Shown here: piece after piece, positions 15,371 through 25,365 of the stretch
How the letters are laid out: each line of letters opens with the position of its first letter
How positions within the stretch are numbered: the first letter of the stretch is position 1
Source of the DNA: an uncultured Acidobacteriota bacterium
GTDB taxonomy: Bacteria > Acidobacteriota > Thermoanaerobaculia > Multivoradales > UBA5704
Direction of reading: 5' to 3'
Length of the DNA stretch: 64,000 nucleotides
Assembly: GCA_963770895.1 (NCBI GenBank)
Contig: CAVYRF010000002.1
Coordinates: forward strand, 1-64,000
Notes under the pieces: generated by a model
Database searches by the model: none
The model's input: the letters and a program-made list of their open reading frames with translations, nothing else
Told to the model about the DNA's origin: nothing
Made by a program: the position numbers and the translations under genes

Positions 15371-18300
15371 TCAACGCCAGTCGCCGACCAGGACAAAGGC
15401 GGCCCAAAAGAAGGGATCGCTGTAGCGCCGGTCCTGGCGCAGCGATCGCTGCGCCGCACGCAACGCCGCCGCCGGCGGCAACCCCTGGGTGAAGAGCGCG
15501 CGATAGAAACGCGTCATCAGCGCCGCCGCCGCCCGGTCGTCGATGCGCCACAGAGTGGCCAGCACGCGCGCTGCGCCGGCGTACTGAAAACCGCGCGCCA
15601 GGCTGACCAGCCCCTCGCCGCGCGCTTCGCGGCCGAGCGCCGTGCGGCACCCCGACAGCACCACCAGGTCGGCCGAGAGGCGCAGGCTGTACACGTCGCG
15701 CAGATCCAGAAATCCCTGCTGTGGGCGGCCTTCGCGATCGACCAGCGACAGCGCCAGCCCCGACAGCGACGGATGATCGTTGTCCAGCACGCCGTGGGTG
15801 GCAAAATGCACCACCCGGTACCCATTCAATCGTTCCCCGAGCACCGCGGCGCGGCTGGCCGCAAAATCGAGCGCCACCGTCGCCTCTCCCGGCGGCGCCA
15901 GCGCCGCGATCGCTTCCGCCTCCTGCCGCGACGCCGGCAACCGTGCAAAAGCCGGCGCGCCGGCGCCGGCGGCCTGAGGCGGCGTGTCGGCCCAGGCGGC
16001 CGAACGGAATGGAACCGCGGGAGCCGGAGACGTCGGGCCTGTTGGAACCGCCACGCCGGGCGGGGGAACTGATCCGGGTAAGGCTGCCGCGCCGTCTGGG
16101 GCCTCCGGGCCGGGTGGGGCCGACGATCGTGCCGGGACTGCCGCTGAACGTGCGGGCACCGCGGCGGCCTGGCGTGCCGCCGGCACCGCCTGCGACACGC
16201 GCGGGTCGTCGGGCTCGAAAACCGGATCGGCAAAGACCGCGAGCCAACGCGCCGGCCGTTCCCGCCCGGCCAACAGCCGCCGCTCGACGGCCAACGTCGA
16301 CGCCGACGGCAGCATGACGACCTCGTGGCGTTCGAGCAGCGGCACCGGCGCGCCTGCGCTCTGCGTGCCCGGCGCACTCGCACTCCGCGGCGTTGGCGCG
16401 TCGCGACCGGCACCGGGCAGGGCCGCCGGCGACCCAGCGGGCTGGCCGCCGGACGCCGCTTCCGGCGCCGGGCCGCTCTGGCCTGCCACCGGTTCCGGCA
16501 GCGCGGCAAAGGGAACGTAGTCGAGCGCGCCGTCAGGCACGATGGCCAGGCGCCTGTCCCCCAGACGGCCGGCGACCGGCCCCAGCAGGATGCCGGACAA
16601 GGCGCCGGCGGTGGCGGCGGCGATTCGGCGCAGCGCGGGGTCGCCCGCGCTCCACTGCTGCTGGAGGGATCGCGCCAGCTCTTCGATGACGGCGCGCGGC
16701 GGCAGCTCGAAGCTCGCCACCATGTCGCTGCTGACCGCCCAGAGATAGCTGCGCGCCTCGCCCAGCGAGTAGGCGAGCAGGAGCGTGTCGCCGTCGAGCA
16801 GCGCCTGCATGCCGGCAGCGTCCAGCGGCTGCGGCCGGACCAGATCCGCGTAGGCGGGGCTGCGCTCGCGCAGCTCGGCTTCCACCAGGTCCAGCTCGCG
16901 CAGGATGTCCTGCTGCTCGTTCTCGCGCGCCGCCTTCTCGGCGGCTCCCACCGCCGGTTGGCGAGCCGCCCGTTCGGCCTTGGCGGCCAGCCGTTCGGCC
17001 AGCTCGATGCGGCGCGCCGCCAGGTCGGGAGCTTCGCCGGCAGGCACCGCAACCCCGGCGTCCGCGAGCACGTCGAGCAGCGTGCGGGCGCGGGCGCGCT
17101 CGTCGACCGCCAGCGCCTCCCGGTCGTGCCCGGCGCCCGGAGCGGCCCGATGGGCCTCCATCAGCAGCTCGATATCGAGCTCATACGCCTGGTGGGCAAC
17201 CGCCGAAAACGCCGTCCCCAGGTCCGGGTCGCCGATCCGCCGCCGCAGCGCCTCGAACGCGTCCAGTGCCTGTCCCGCATGCAGCAGCGCACTGTCGAGA
17301 GAGCCGCCCGCCGCCGCGGCGCCGAAGCGGTGTTCCGTGCTGGCCAGCTGGAACAGGACGCGTGCTTCGCCCGCCTGCATGCCCGCCTTGCGGAAGGCGG
17401 CCAGCGCCGCGTTCAGGTTGGCCAGCGCGCCCGGCCCATCGCCCAGGGCGGCGCGGGCCTCGCCCTGGCCGTGGAGGGCCTCGGCCCGATTGGGCAGGTC
17501 GCCCAGCGCCGCCAGCCGCTCGTCGGCCTGGGCGAAGCTGTCGCGGGCCGCGGTCGCGTCGCCCAGGTCCAGCTGTGTGCGGCCCAGCTGGGTGAGGGCG
17601 ATCCCCTCGCCGCGCCGGTCCTTGAGGACGCGCGCCAGGTCGAGCGCCTGCGCCAGGTGCGCCGCCGCCTGGCGCGGCTCGCCCAGGGTGCCGTCGATGG
17701 CGCCCAGATTGGTCAGGGTGGTCATCTCGCCGGCGCGGTCGCCCACCGCGCGCCACAGCGGCAGCGCCGCCTCGAAGCTGGCGCGGGCGCGCCGCGGTTC
17801 GCCGGTCGCCTGATAGACCAAGCCGATGTTGTTGACCACGCGCGCCTGCCACCTGCGGTCGGCCAGGTCGCGGAAGATCGCCAGCGCCGCGCCGTATTGC
17901 GCCAGCGCCTCCGCGATCTCGCCCAGCCCGGCGTCCAACACCCCGACGTTGTTGCGCACCCGCGCCTCGCTCTCGCGGTTGCCGGTCGAGCGCAACCGCT
18001 CCAGCGCCTGCCGGTAGCGGGCGCGCGCCGCCAGCGGCTCGCCGATCGCGTCGTAGGCGCGGCCGGCGCTGGTCAGCGCCGCGGCCAGCAGCTCTTCGGC
18101 TCGCACCTCCTCCAGCAGCGGCAGCGCGCCGTCGTAGCACGCGATCCCCGCTCGCAGGTCGCCGCGGCTGAGGTCCATCAGGCACAGGTTGCTGGCGGCC
18201 ACCGCCTCGCCGTAGCGGTCGCCGAGCGCCCGCGAGCGGCCCCGCGCGCGCTCGAACGCGGCGCGCGCCTGGTCGCCCTGGCCCAGCAGCCAGCTGTCCA

Positions 18301-19177
18301 GGCCGATCTCGTTGTCCGCCGCGGCGGCAAGGGAGCCGGCCCCCACCGCCTCCCACAGCGGCAGCGCTGCCCGCGCCAGCGCCAGCGCCACACCCGGCTC
18401 GTCCACCAACCGCGACACCACCGCCCGCTCGTACAGCGCCCGCACCTCCCCCTCCGCCGATCCCGCCTGCCGGAACAGCTCCTGCGCCTGGCCGTACAAC
18501 CCAAGAGCCTGCCGTCGCGCCACCGGCGTCGCCGCCGCGTACAGCCCCCCCGCCGCCGTCATCGCCGCCTCCGCGGCGGTACGGGTCGCCGCCGGCCGAG
18601 CGGTACCGACAGCGGTGCCAACGCCCACACCGGCCCCGGCGCCGGCTCCGGCCGCGACGCCGCTGCTGCCGGCCGCAGGGCCACTGGGGACGGCCTCGCT
18701 GCCGGCCGCACCGCCGCCGGGCGCTTCATCCCCTGCCGCCGTGCCGGCGGCCAGCGCCGCCATCTCCTCCAGGCGGATCCGGTAACGGCCTCGCGGCGGC
18801 GCGCCCGGCTCGCGCGCCCGCACCTCGATGCGGTATCGGCCGGCGACCCGCGGCGCCAGCAGCAGCGACTCGACGCCCTGCCGATCCAGCGGGCTGTCCA
18901 CCAGCGCCACCTGCCGGCCATCGGGGTCGATGGCCGCCACCGTGACATCGATGCCCAGCTGTTCGACCGTCACCAGCAGCGGCGGCCCCGCATCCGCCGC
19001 CTGGACGTCATAGGCATGCGCCTCGCCAGCCGCCATCTCCCGCACCAGCGGCAAGCCGACCCCAAGCCGCCCCAGAGGCACCGCAGGCGTCGGCGTGGAT
19101 AACGGCGGCGCAGCCCAAAGCGGCGCTGCAAGGGACCACGCGGCGACCCAGGCCAAGGCCGGCAATACGATTCTCAT
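15371..19177 (-). CDS. Secreted TPR-CHAT (caspase-like) protease
   Basis: Signal peptide MRIVLPALAW, PPC-like domain, many TPRs, VHFATHG and VVLSGCRT catalytic dyad, WAAFVLVG. Confidence 0.92.
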   Translation of the reverse strand: MRIVLPALAWVAAWSLAAPLWAAPPLSTPTPAVPLGRLGVGLPLVREMAAGEAHAYDVQAADAGPPLLVTVEQLGIDVTVAAIDPDGRQVALVDSPLDRQGVESLLLAPRVAGRYRIEVRAREPGAPPRGRYRIRLEEMAALAAGTAAGDEAPGGGAAGSEAVPSGPAAGSSGVAAGAGAGAGVGVGTAVGTARPAATRTAAEAAMTAAGGLYAAATPVARRQALGLYGQAQELFRQAGSAEGEVRALYERAVVSRLVDEPGVALALARAALPLWEAVGAGSLAAAADNEIGLDSWLLGQGDQARAAFERARGRSRALGDRYGEAVAASNLCLMDLSRGDLRAGIACYDGALPLLEEVRAEELLAAALTSAGRAYDAIGEPLAARARYRQALERLRSTGNRESEARVRNNVGVLDAGLGEIAEALAQYGAALAIFRDLADRRWQARVVNNIGLVYQATGEPRRARASFEAALPLWRAVGDRAGEMTTLTNLGAIDGTLGEPRQAAAHLAQALDLARVLKDRRGEGIALTQLGRTQLDLGDATAARDSFAQADERLAALGDLPNRAEALHGQGEARAALGDGPGALANLNAALAAFRKAGMQAGEARVLFQLASTEHRFGAAAAGGSLDSALLHAGQALDAFEALRRRIGDPDLGTAFSAVAHQAYELDIELLMEAHRAAPGAGHDREALAVDERARARTLLDVLADAGVAVPAGEAPDLAARRIELAERLAAKAERAARQPAVGAAEKAARENEQQDILRELDLVEAELRERSPAYADLVRPQPLDAAGMQALLDGDTLLLAYSLGEARSYLWAVSSDMVASFELPPRAVIEELARSLQQQWSAGDPALRRIAAATAGALSGILLGPVAGRLGDRRLAIVPDGALDYVPFAALPEPVAGQSGPAPEAASGGQPAGSPAALPGAGRDAPTPRSASAPGTQSAGAPVPLLERHEVVMLPSASTLAVERRLLAGRERPARWLAVFADPVFEPDDPRVSQAVPAARQAAAVPARSAAVPARSSAPPGPEAPDGAAALPGSVPPPGVAVPTGPTSPAPAVPFRSAAWADTPPQAAGAGAPAFARLPASRQEAEAIAALAPPGEATVALDFAASRAAVLGERLNGYRVVHFATHGVLDNDHPSLSGLALSLVDREGRPQQGFLDLRDVYSLRLSADLVVLSGCRTALGREARGEGLVSLARGFQYAGAARVLATLWRIDDRAAAALMTRFYRALFTQGLPPAAALRAAQRSLRQDRRYSDPFFWAAFVLVGDWR

Positions 19178-19281
19178 CTTCGGTCGCAGAACACTACCAC
19201 CACCGCCGGCCGGCCGAGCGCTCGGCGGCAGCTGGCGATGCTCGCCCGATTGCGCCATGATCTCGGTAACCGAGGACATCG

Positions 19282-19617
19282 ATGACCCGACCCACAGACT
19301 TGGTGCAAGGCACGCTCGATCTGCTGCTCCTCAAGATTCTGGCCCTGCAGCCGATGCACGGCTGGGCGGTGGGTCAGCGCCTGCGGCAGGTGTCGGGCGA
19401 GGTGTTACAGGTCAGCGACGGTTCGCTCTATCCGGCGCTCCACAAGCTGGAGCAGGAAGGGTGGATCACCGCCGAATGGAAGACCAGCGAGCTGGGGCGC
19501 CGCGCCAAGTACTACAGCCTGACCCGCCTGGGCCGCCGCCAGCTGGAACAGGAAGAGCGCGAATGGCAGCGGCTGTCGGCGGCCATCCAGCAGGTCGTCT
19601 GTCTCAAGGAGCCCTGA
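19282..19617 (+). CDS. PadR family regulator (acidobacterial type)
   Basis: [35 protein letters not shown]. Confidence 0.93.
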   Translation: MTRPTDLVQGTLDLLLLKILALQPMHGWAVGQRLRQVSGEVLQVSDGSLYPALHKLEQEGWITAEWKTSELGRRAKYYSLTRLGRRQLEQEEREWQRLSAAIQQVVCLKEP

Positions 19618-19618
19618 A

Positions 19619-21910
19619 GTGTCTTTTGTCGCCTGGCGCCGCCTGCCGTACACCATCCCCCTGCGCCTGCGCACGCTCTTCCGGCGCGCCGGCGTCGAGC
19701 GCGACCTGGACGACGAGCTGCGCTTCCACGTCGAGCGCCAGGTGGCGGAATCGGTCGCCCAGGGCATGACGCCGCAGGCCGCGCGGCAGGCCGCGCTGCG
19801 CGACCTGCACGGGATCGAGCGCGGCAAGGAGGCCTGTCGTCAGGTGCGCAAGCTCAACTGGGTGTTCGATCTGATCCAGGACGTCCGCTACGGTGTGCGC
19901 ATCCTGCGCCAGCGGCCGACGTTCACCTTGATCGCCGTGGCGACGCTGGCACTCGGCATCGGCGCCAACACGGCAATTTTCAGCGTCGTCGACGCCGTGC
20001 TGGTGCGGCCGCTGCCCTACCCACAGCCGCAGCAGCTGCTCACCCTCGATTCGGGCGAGTCGCTGCCGGCCTTGGAGGACATCCAGCGCCTGACCCGCTC
20101 GTTCGCCGGCATCGGCGCCTACAACGTGCAATCGCTCGCCTATACCGGCGAAGCCGAGCCGCTGGAGATCTACGGCGCGCTGTGCACCGCCGACCTGTTC
20201 CCCGTCCTGGGCGCGACGCCGCTGCTGGGGCGTGCGATCTCGGCCCAGGACGACCGCTACGGCGCCGCGCGCGTCGCTCTGCTGACCTACGCCTTCTGGC
20301 AGAGCCACTTCGCCGGCGACACCGCGGTCCTGGGCAAGGCCATCACGCTCGACGGCAATCCCTACACGGTGATCGGCGTGATGCCGCCCGAATTCTGGAA
20401 GCCGGGGCGCAAGGCCCTGGGCGCGCCGACGGCGCGCCTGGTGCGCCAGATGCTGGCCGAAAGCATCCCGCTGGTCGTGGCCGGCGGCGGCGCGGGGCTG
20501 CTGCTGGCGTGGTGGGGCGTGCACCTGCTGGCGGTGCTCAAACCGGCCGACCTGCCGCGGCTGACCGCGGTGCGCATCGACGGATCGGTCCTGGCTTTCA
20601 CCTTCGGCCTGTGCGCCCTGACCAGCGTCGTCTTCGGTGCGCTGCCGGCGCTCGGCGGCGCCGCGCGCGCCAACCTGAGCGACAGTCTGAAGGCGGGCGC
20701 ACGCGGCTCGGCCGGCGCCGCCACCATCCGGCTGCGCATGCTGCTGGTCGTCGCCGAGGTGGCCCTGGCGCTGGTGCTGCTGGTCGGCGCGGGCCTGCTG
20801 GTGCGGAGCTTCCACGGCCTGACCAGCGTCGAGCCCGGCTTCAACGCCGAACACGTGCTCACCCTGCGGCTGGAGCTGCCCGCCGTGCGCTACCGCAAGC
20901 TCGAACCGCAGCGCCGCTTCCGGCAGCGCCTGCTGGAGGCCGTCAACGCCCTGCCCGGCGTGCAGGCGGCGATGATCAGCAAGCTGCCGATGAGCGGCGA
21001 CTCCCTCTCCCACAACTTCGTCATCGCCGGCCGCCCACCGCTCGCCACCGGCGAGGAACCCGAGCTGCAATCCCGCACCGTCGCCGGCAACTACTTCCGC
21101 GTCCTGCGCATCCCGCTGCTGCGCGGACGCGCCTTCGCGGCGGAGGACCACGCCGGGACGGCGCACGTGGTGGTCGTCAATCAAGCCTTCGTCGAGCAGT
21201 ACTTCCCCCACCAGGACCCGGTCGGCGCCCACATCGCCTGGGCGCGCGACACACCGCGCGACTGGATGACCATCATCGGCGTCGCCGGCGACGTCCGCCA
21301 CTTCGGTCCCGCGCAGCCCGAGCGCCCGGCCGCCTACGACCTCTATTCGCAGACGGCGCAGGACTGGAAGCGTTGGATGTTCCTGGTGGTGCGCAGCTGG
21401 GTCGCGCCTTCCGCCCTGCGCGCCGAGGTGAACCGCTGCCTGGGCGCCATCGACAACCAGATACCGCCGACCGAGGTGCAGACCATGGTGGAGGTCGCCG
21501 CCGCCGCCCTGGCGCGGCCGCGCTTCAACCTCACGCTGATGGGGATCTTCGCCGCGCTGGCACTGGCGCTGGCGGCGATCGGCATCTACGGCGTGACGGC
21601 CTACACCGTGACCCAGCGCACGCAGGAGATCGGCATCCGCATCGCTCTGGGCGCCCGCCACGGCAACGTCCTCACGCTGCTGCTCGGCCAGTGCGCCTGG
21701 CTCACCCTGACCGGCGCCGCGATCGGCACCGCCGCCGCCCTGGGCCTCACCCGCCTGATGGCCAGCCTGCTGTTCGGCGTCACCGCCCAGGATCCCCTGA
21801 CCTTCGCCGCGGTGGCGGCGCTGCTGGTCGCCGTGGCCCTCCTGGCCGCCCTGCTGCCGGCGCGGCGCGCCATGCGCATCGACCCGGTCAAGGCGCTGCG
21901 CACCGAATAG
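19619..21910 (+). CDS. ADOP/MacB-FtsX ABC permease, apparently with internal in-frame deletion
   Basis: [38 protein letters not shown]; first periplasmic domain jumps straight to [11 protein letters not shown]. Confidence 0.85.
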   Translation: MSFVAWRRLPYTIPLRLRTLFRRAGVERDLDDELRFHVERQVAESVAQGMTPQAARQAALRDLHGIERGKEACRQVRKLNWVFDLIQDVRYGVRILRQRPTFTLIAVATLALGIGANTAIFSVVDAVLVRPLPYPQPQQLLTLDSGESLPALEDIQRLTRSFAGIGAYNVQSLAYTGEAEPLEIYGALCTADLFPVLGATPLLGRAISAQDDRYGAARVALLTYAFWQSHFAGDTAVLGKAITLDGNPYTVIGVMPPEFWKPGRKALGAPTARLVRQMLAESIPLVVAGGGAGLLLAWWGVHLLAVLKPADLPRLTAVRIDGSVLAFTFGLCALTSVVFGALPALGGAARANLSDSLKAGARGSAGAATIRLRMLLVVAEVALALVLLVGAGLLVRSFHGLTSVEPGFNAEHVLTLRLELPAVRYRKLEPQRRFRQRLLEAVNALPGVQAAMISKLPMSGDSLSHNFVIAGRPPLATGEEPELQSRTVAGNYFRVLRIPLLRGRAFAAEDHAGTAHVVVVNQAFVEQYFPHQDPVGAHIAWARDTPRDWMTIIGVAGDVRHFGPAQPERPAAYDLYSQTAQDWKRWMFLVVRSWVAPSALRAEVNRCLGAIDNQIPPTEVQTMVEVAAAALARPRFNLTLMGIFAALALALAAIGIYGVTAYTVTQRTQEIGIRIALGARHGNVLTLLLGQCAWLTLTGAAIGTAAALGLTRLMASLLFGVTAQDPLTFAAVAALLVAVALLAALLPARRAMRIDPVKALRTE

Positions 21911-22008
21911 ACCTGATGCCGCCGGGGCCGGGGCCGCCGCCGGGGACGGAGCGGTTGCAGGTCCGATTCCGGCGAGTCGCCGCGAGGAGCGGCCTGTAGA
22001 CTCATCGC

Positions 22009-23637
22009 ATGCGGGGCGCCGCCGGACCTTCGCTCGTCTTGCTGAGCACGGATCAGTGCCAGCGCGCGGCGCACGCGCGCGACCCGCGCTTCGACGGGGT
22101 GTTCTTCATCGGCGTCACCACGACCGGGATCTACTGCCGGCCGATCTGCCCGGCGCGGGTGGTGATCTCCACCCGGCGGCGCTTCTTCGTCTCGGCGGCG
22201 GCGGCCGAGCGCGCCGGCTTCCGCCCCTGTCTGCGCTGCCGCCCCGAGCTGGCGCCGGGGCGGGCGCCGGTCGATGCCGTGTCGCGGCTGGCCTTCGCGG
22301 CCGCGACACGCATCAGCGCCGGAGCGCTCAACGACGGCTCGGTGGCCGACCTGGCGCGCGAGCTCACGGTCAGCGAGCGGCACCTGCGCCGCGCCCTGGA
22401 ACGCGAATACGGCGTGTCGCCGGTCGAGCTGGCGCAGACTCACCGGCTGCTGCTGGCCAAGCGGCTGCTGGCCGACACCGCGCTGCCGGTCACCCACATC
22501 GCATTCGCCAGCGGCTTTCAGAGCCTGCGCCGCTTCAACACCGTGTTCCTGGAGCGCTACCACCTGAGCCCCAGCGCGCTGCGCCGCGCCGCCCTGCCGG
22601 GCAACGAACGGCGCGGCGGCAAGGGCGGCGCGACGCGCACGTCCGCGACGACGGCACCCGCGGCCACCGCGGCAACGGCCGCCGCCGCGACGGACCCGGT
22701 GCGCGACGTCGTGCGGCTGACCCTGGCCTACCGCGCCCCATTCGCCTGGGACGTGCTGCTGCGGTTCCTGCAGCGCGATGCCCTGCCCGGCGTGGAGCTG
22801 GTGGACGGCAGGCGCTACGGGCGCGCCGTGCACATCGACGGGCGCAGCGGCGTGGTCTTCGCGACCGACGCGGCGGCCGACGCGCCGGACGCTACGTATG
22901 CGGCGCGCGCGCGGCGCCCGGCGAGCGCTCCGAGCACCCACCTCGACATCGAAGTGTCGCTGTCGCTGCTGCCGGCGCTGGTGCCCCTGCTCGCCCGCCT
23001 GCGCCAGCTCTTCGATCTGGACGCCGAGCCGGCCGCAATCGACGCGCACCTCGAGCAGGGCGGCCTTGCCGCGCTGGTGGCACGGCGGCGAGGCATCCGC
23101 ATCCCCGGCACCCTGGACGGCTTCGGCGTGGTGCTCGCGGCGCTGACCCGCGGTGGCGGCCGACCTGATCGCCGCGTCACGGCAAACGTCATCGAAGCTC
23201 TCGGCGAGCCGCTGGAAAGCGGCGTCCCGGCCTTGCGCCGCCTGGCCCCGACCCCTCAGCAGGTCGCCGCGGCGGGAGCGGCGCGGCTGCGCGCCCTGGG
23301 CCTCACGCCGCAGCGTGCGCTGGCCCTGGCAACCGCGGCGCGCGCCATCGACCAGGGCCGCCTGGCGCTGGAACCGGGCAACGACGTCGCCACCGCCCGC
23401 GGCGTGCTGCTGGCCATTCCGGGCATCGGCGACCGGCTCGCCGCGGAGATCGTCGCCCGCACGCTCTACTGGCCCGACGCGTTCACCCTGACCGATCGCG
23501 CGATGCAACGCACCACCGGCGTGCGCGGACCGGGCACGCTGCGCGCGCTCGCCGAGCGCTGGCGCCCCTGGCGCGCCTACGCCGCGCTGCACCTTCAGCT
23601 GCAAGCCGAGAGCGCCGCCCAAAGCCAGGAACGCTAG
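22009..23637 (+). CDS. alkA: Ada metal-binding/AraC - AlkA DNA-3-methyladenine glycosylase fusion
   Basis: ARDPRFDG, TTGIYCRPICP, FRPCLRCRPE, AraC HTH, AlkA_N, HhH IPGIG, WRPWRAYA. Confidence 0.92.
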   Translation: MRGAAGPSLVLLSTDQCQRAAHARDPRFDGVFFIGVTTTGIYCRPICPARVVISTRRRFFVSAAAAERAGFRPCLRCRPELAPGRAPVDAVSRLAFAAATRISAGALNDGSVADLARELTVSERHLRRALEREYGVSPVELAQTHRLLLAKRLLADTALPVTHIAFASGFQSLRRFNTVFLERYHLSPSALRRAALPGNERRGGKGGATRTSATTAPAATAATAAAATDPVRDVVRLTLAYRAPFAWDVLLRFLQRDALPGVELVDGRRYGRAVHIDGRSGVVFATDAAADAPDATYAARARRPASAPSTHLDIEVSLSLLPALVPLLARLRQLFDLDAEPAAIDAHLEQGGLAALVARRRGIRIPGTLDGFGVVLAALTRGGGRPDRRVTANVIEALGEPLESGVPALRRLAPTPQQVAAAGAARLRALGLTPQRALALATAARAIDQGRLALEPGNDVATARGVLLAIPGIGDRLAAEIVARTLYWPDAFTLTDRAMQRTTGVRGPGTLRALAERWRPWRAYAALHLQLQAESAAQSQER

Positions 23638-23697
23638 GCACGCACGCCGGGGCTTCGGCGTCCGAAAGTGGCGAGCAGTCGCCGGTTTGGAGCAGTA

Positions 23698-23749
23698 CCT
23701 TTCGATTGTGCACTCGCGATATCGCGAAGTGCATGGTCCAATCGAAAGG
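23698..23749 (+). promoter_or_regulatory. Long hairpin overlapping the SD of the HAF-repeat gene
   Basis: cctttcgattg/caatcgaaagg, tgcact/agtgca, central palindrome tcgcgatatcgcga. Confidence 0.6.
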
Positions 23750-23757
23750 AGACAACC

Positions 23758-24960
23758 GTGAGGACCAGCATCGCGCTTCTGTCCGCAGTGACCCTCGTCT
23801 CGGGTGCCGGTTCCGTCCATGGCAGTGATGCACCGGCGCCATCCCAGGCCAGCGCTCCGGCCATCCAGTATCGGGTCAGCAACCTTCCCACGCTCGGCGG
23901 CGCCGCCGGCACCGGCAGCAGCATCAACGACCTCAATTGGGTCACGGGCCTTTCCACCCTGGCGGGCAACCAGTCTCAGCACGCCGCCCTGTGGCTGCAC
24001 GGCACGGCCTTCGACCTGGGCACGCTGGGCGGCGCCAACAGCAGCGTGCTGTGGCCGGTCAAGAACGACACCGGCCTGGTCGCCGGCATCGCGCAGACGT
24101 CGACGCCGGACCCGTTGAAGGAAAACTGGAGCTGCTCCGCCTTCTTCCCCGCCGCCACCGCCGTCGGCCCCACCTGCCTGGGCTTCGTGTGGGAGGACGG
24201 CCGCATGCAAGCGCTCCCCACCCTGGGCGGCAACAACGGCTTCGCCACCGGCGCCAACAACCTGGGGGCGGTGGTGGGCTGGGCGGAAAACTCCGTGCAC
24301 GACCCGACCTGCACCCCGCCGCAGGTCCTGCAGTTCCGCCCCGTCGTGTGGGAGCCTCTGACCCGGCGCGCGCACGCCCTGGCGGTGCTGCCGGGCGATA
24401 CTTCCGGCGCCGCCACGGCGATCAACGACCGCGGCCAGGTCGCCGGCATCTCGGGCACCTGCGACCAGGCGGTCGGCCGGTACACCGCCGCCCACGCGGT
24501 GCTGTGGGACAACGGCACCGTCATCGACATCGGCAACCTGGGCGACAACGCCTGGAACACCCCGATGGCGATCGATCAGCGCGGTGACATCGCCGGCTTC
24601 GCCGCGCTGCCGGGCAGCGATCCCGACGGCCCCACGCTGCACGCCTTCCTATGGACGCGCGGCGGCGGCATCCGCGACCTGGGCACCCTGCCCGGCGACG
24701 CGATCAGCGAAGCCCTGGGAATCAACAACCTGCGCCAGGTCGTTGGCCTGTCGTGCAACGCCAGCGGTGCCTGCCGCGCCTTCCTGTGGCAGGGCGGCGT
24801 GATGACCGACCTGAACACCCTGGTGGCGCCGGGCTACTCCGGCGTCCTCACCGACGCCCAGGACATCAACGACCGCGGCGAGATCACCGGCCAGGCCTCC
24901 ATCGCGAGCACCGGCGAGGTGCCAGCCTTTCTGGCGGTACCCGTCCTGACCGCACCCTGA
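23758..24960 (+). CDS. Secreted HAF-repeat protein
   Basis: AAAGGAGA SD plus GTG; signal peptide; repeats DLGTLGG, AINDRGQVAG, HAFLW. Confidence 0.88.
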   Translation: MRTSIALLSAVTLVSGAGSVHGSDAPAPSQASAPAIQYRVSNLPTLGGAAGTGSSINDLNWVTGLSTLAGNQSQHAALWLHGTAFDLGTLGGANSSVLWPVKNDTGLVAGIAQTSTPDPLKENWSCSAFFPAATAVGPTCLGFVWEDGRMQALPTLGGNNGFATGANNLGAVVGWAENSVHDPTCTPPQVLQFRPVVWEPLTRRAHALAVLPGDTSGAATAINDRGQVAGISGTCDQAVGRYTAAHAVLWDNGTVIDIGNLGDNAWNTPMAIDQRGDIAGFAALPGSDPDGPTLHAFLWTRGGGIRDLGTLPGDAISEALGINNLRQVVGLSCNASGACRAFLWQGGVMTDLNTLVAPGYSGVLTDAQDINDRGEITGQASIASTGEVPAFLAVPVLTAP

Positions 24961-25019
24961 CCGCGGCGCAAGGCGCCGGGCGGCGCGCGCCGTGCCGCGA
25001 CGCCCGGCCTTGCCGGCCC

Positions 25020-25088
25020 TTGCCCAGCCAGCACCGCCTCCAGCGCGGGCAGATTGCCGTGGATGTCGTAGATCGCGGCGACTCGCAT
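25020..25088 (-). pseudogene. N-terminal remnant of a metallophosphoesterase
   Basis: MRVAAIYDIHGNLPALEAVLA with GGAGG SD, then similarity is lost; no GD/GNH motifs. Confidence 0.65.
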
Positions 25089-25117
25089 GGCGCGCCTCCC
25101 CGGCCGTAGTATTTTCC

Positions 25118-25345
25118 ATGCCGATGCGAATTTCCATCCGCGCCAAACCGGGAGCCAAAGCGGCGCGGATCACCGACCTGGACGGGCGCCTGCAGGTGGC
25201 GGTCGTCGAGGGGGCGACCGACGGCCGCGCCAACCGTGCGATCGAAAAGGCGCTGGCGCGGCACTTCGGCGTGCCGCCCTCGCGGGTACGCATCGTCGCC
25301 GGCCACACCGCGCGCGACAAGGCGGTCGAGATCGACCAGGACTGA
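25118..25345 (+). CDS. DUF167 (YggU) family protein
   Basis: IRAKPGAK, DGRANRA, LARHFGVPPSRVRIVAGHTARDK. Confidence 0.85.
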   Translation: MPMRISIRAKPGAKAARITDLDGRLQVAVVEGATDGRANRAIEKALARHFGVPPSRVRIVAGHTARDKAVEIDQD

Positions 25346-25365
25346 GCGGCCGGGCCGCGCGACCG

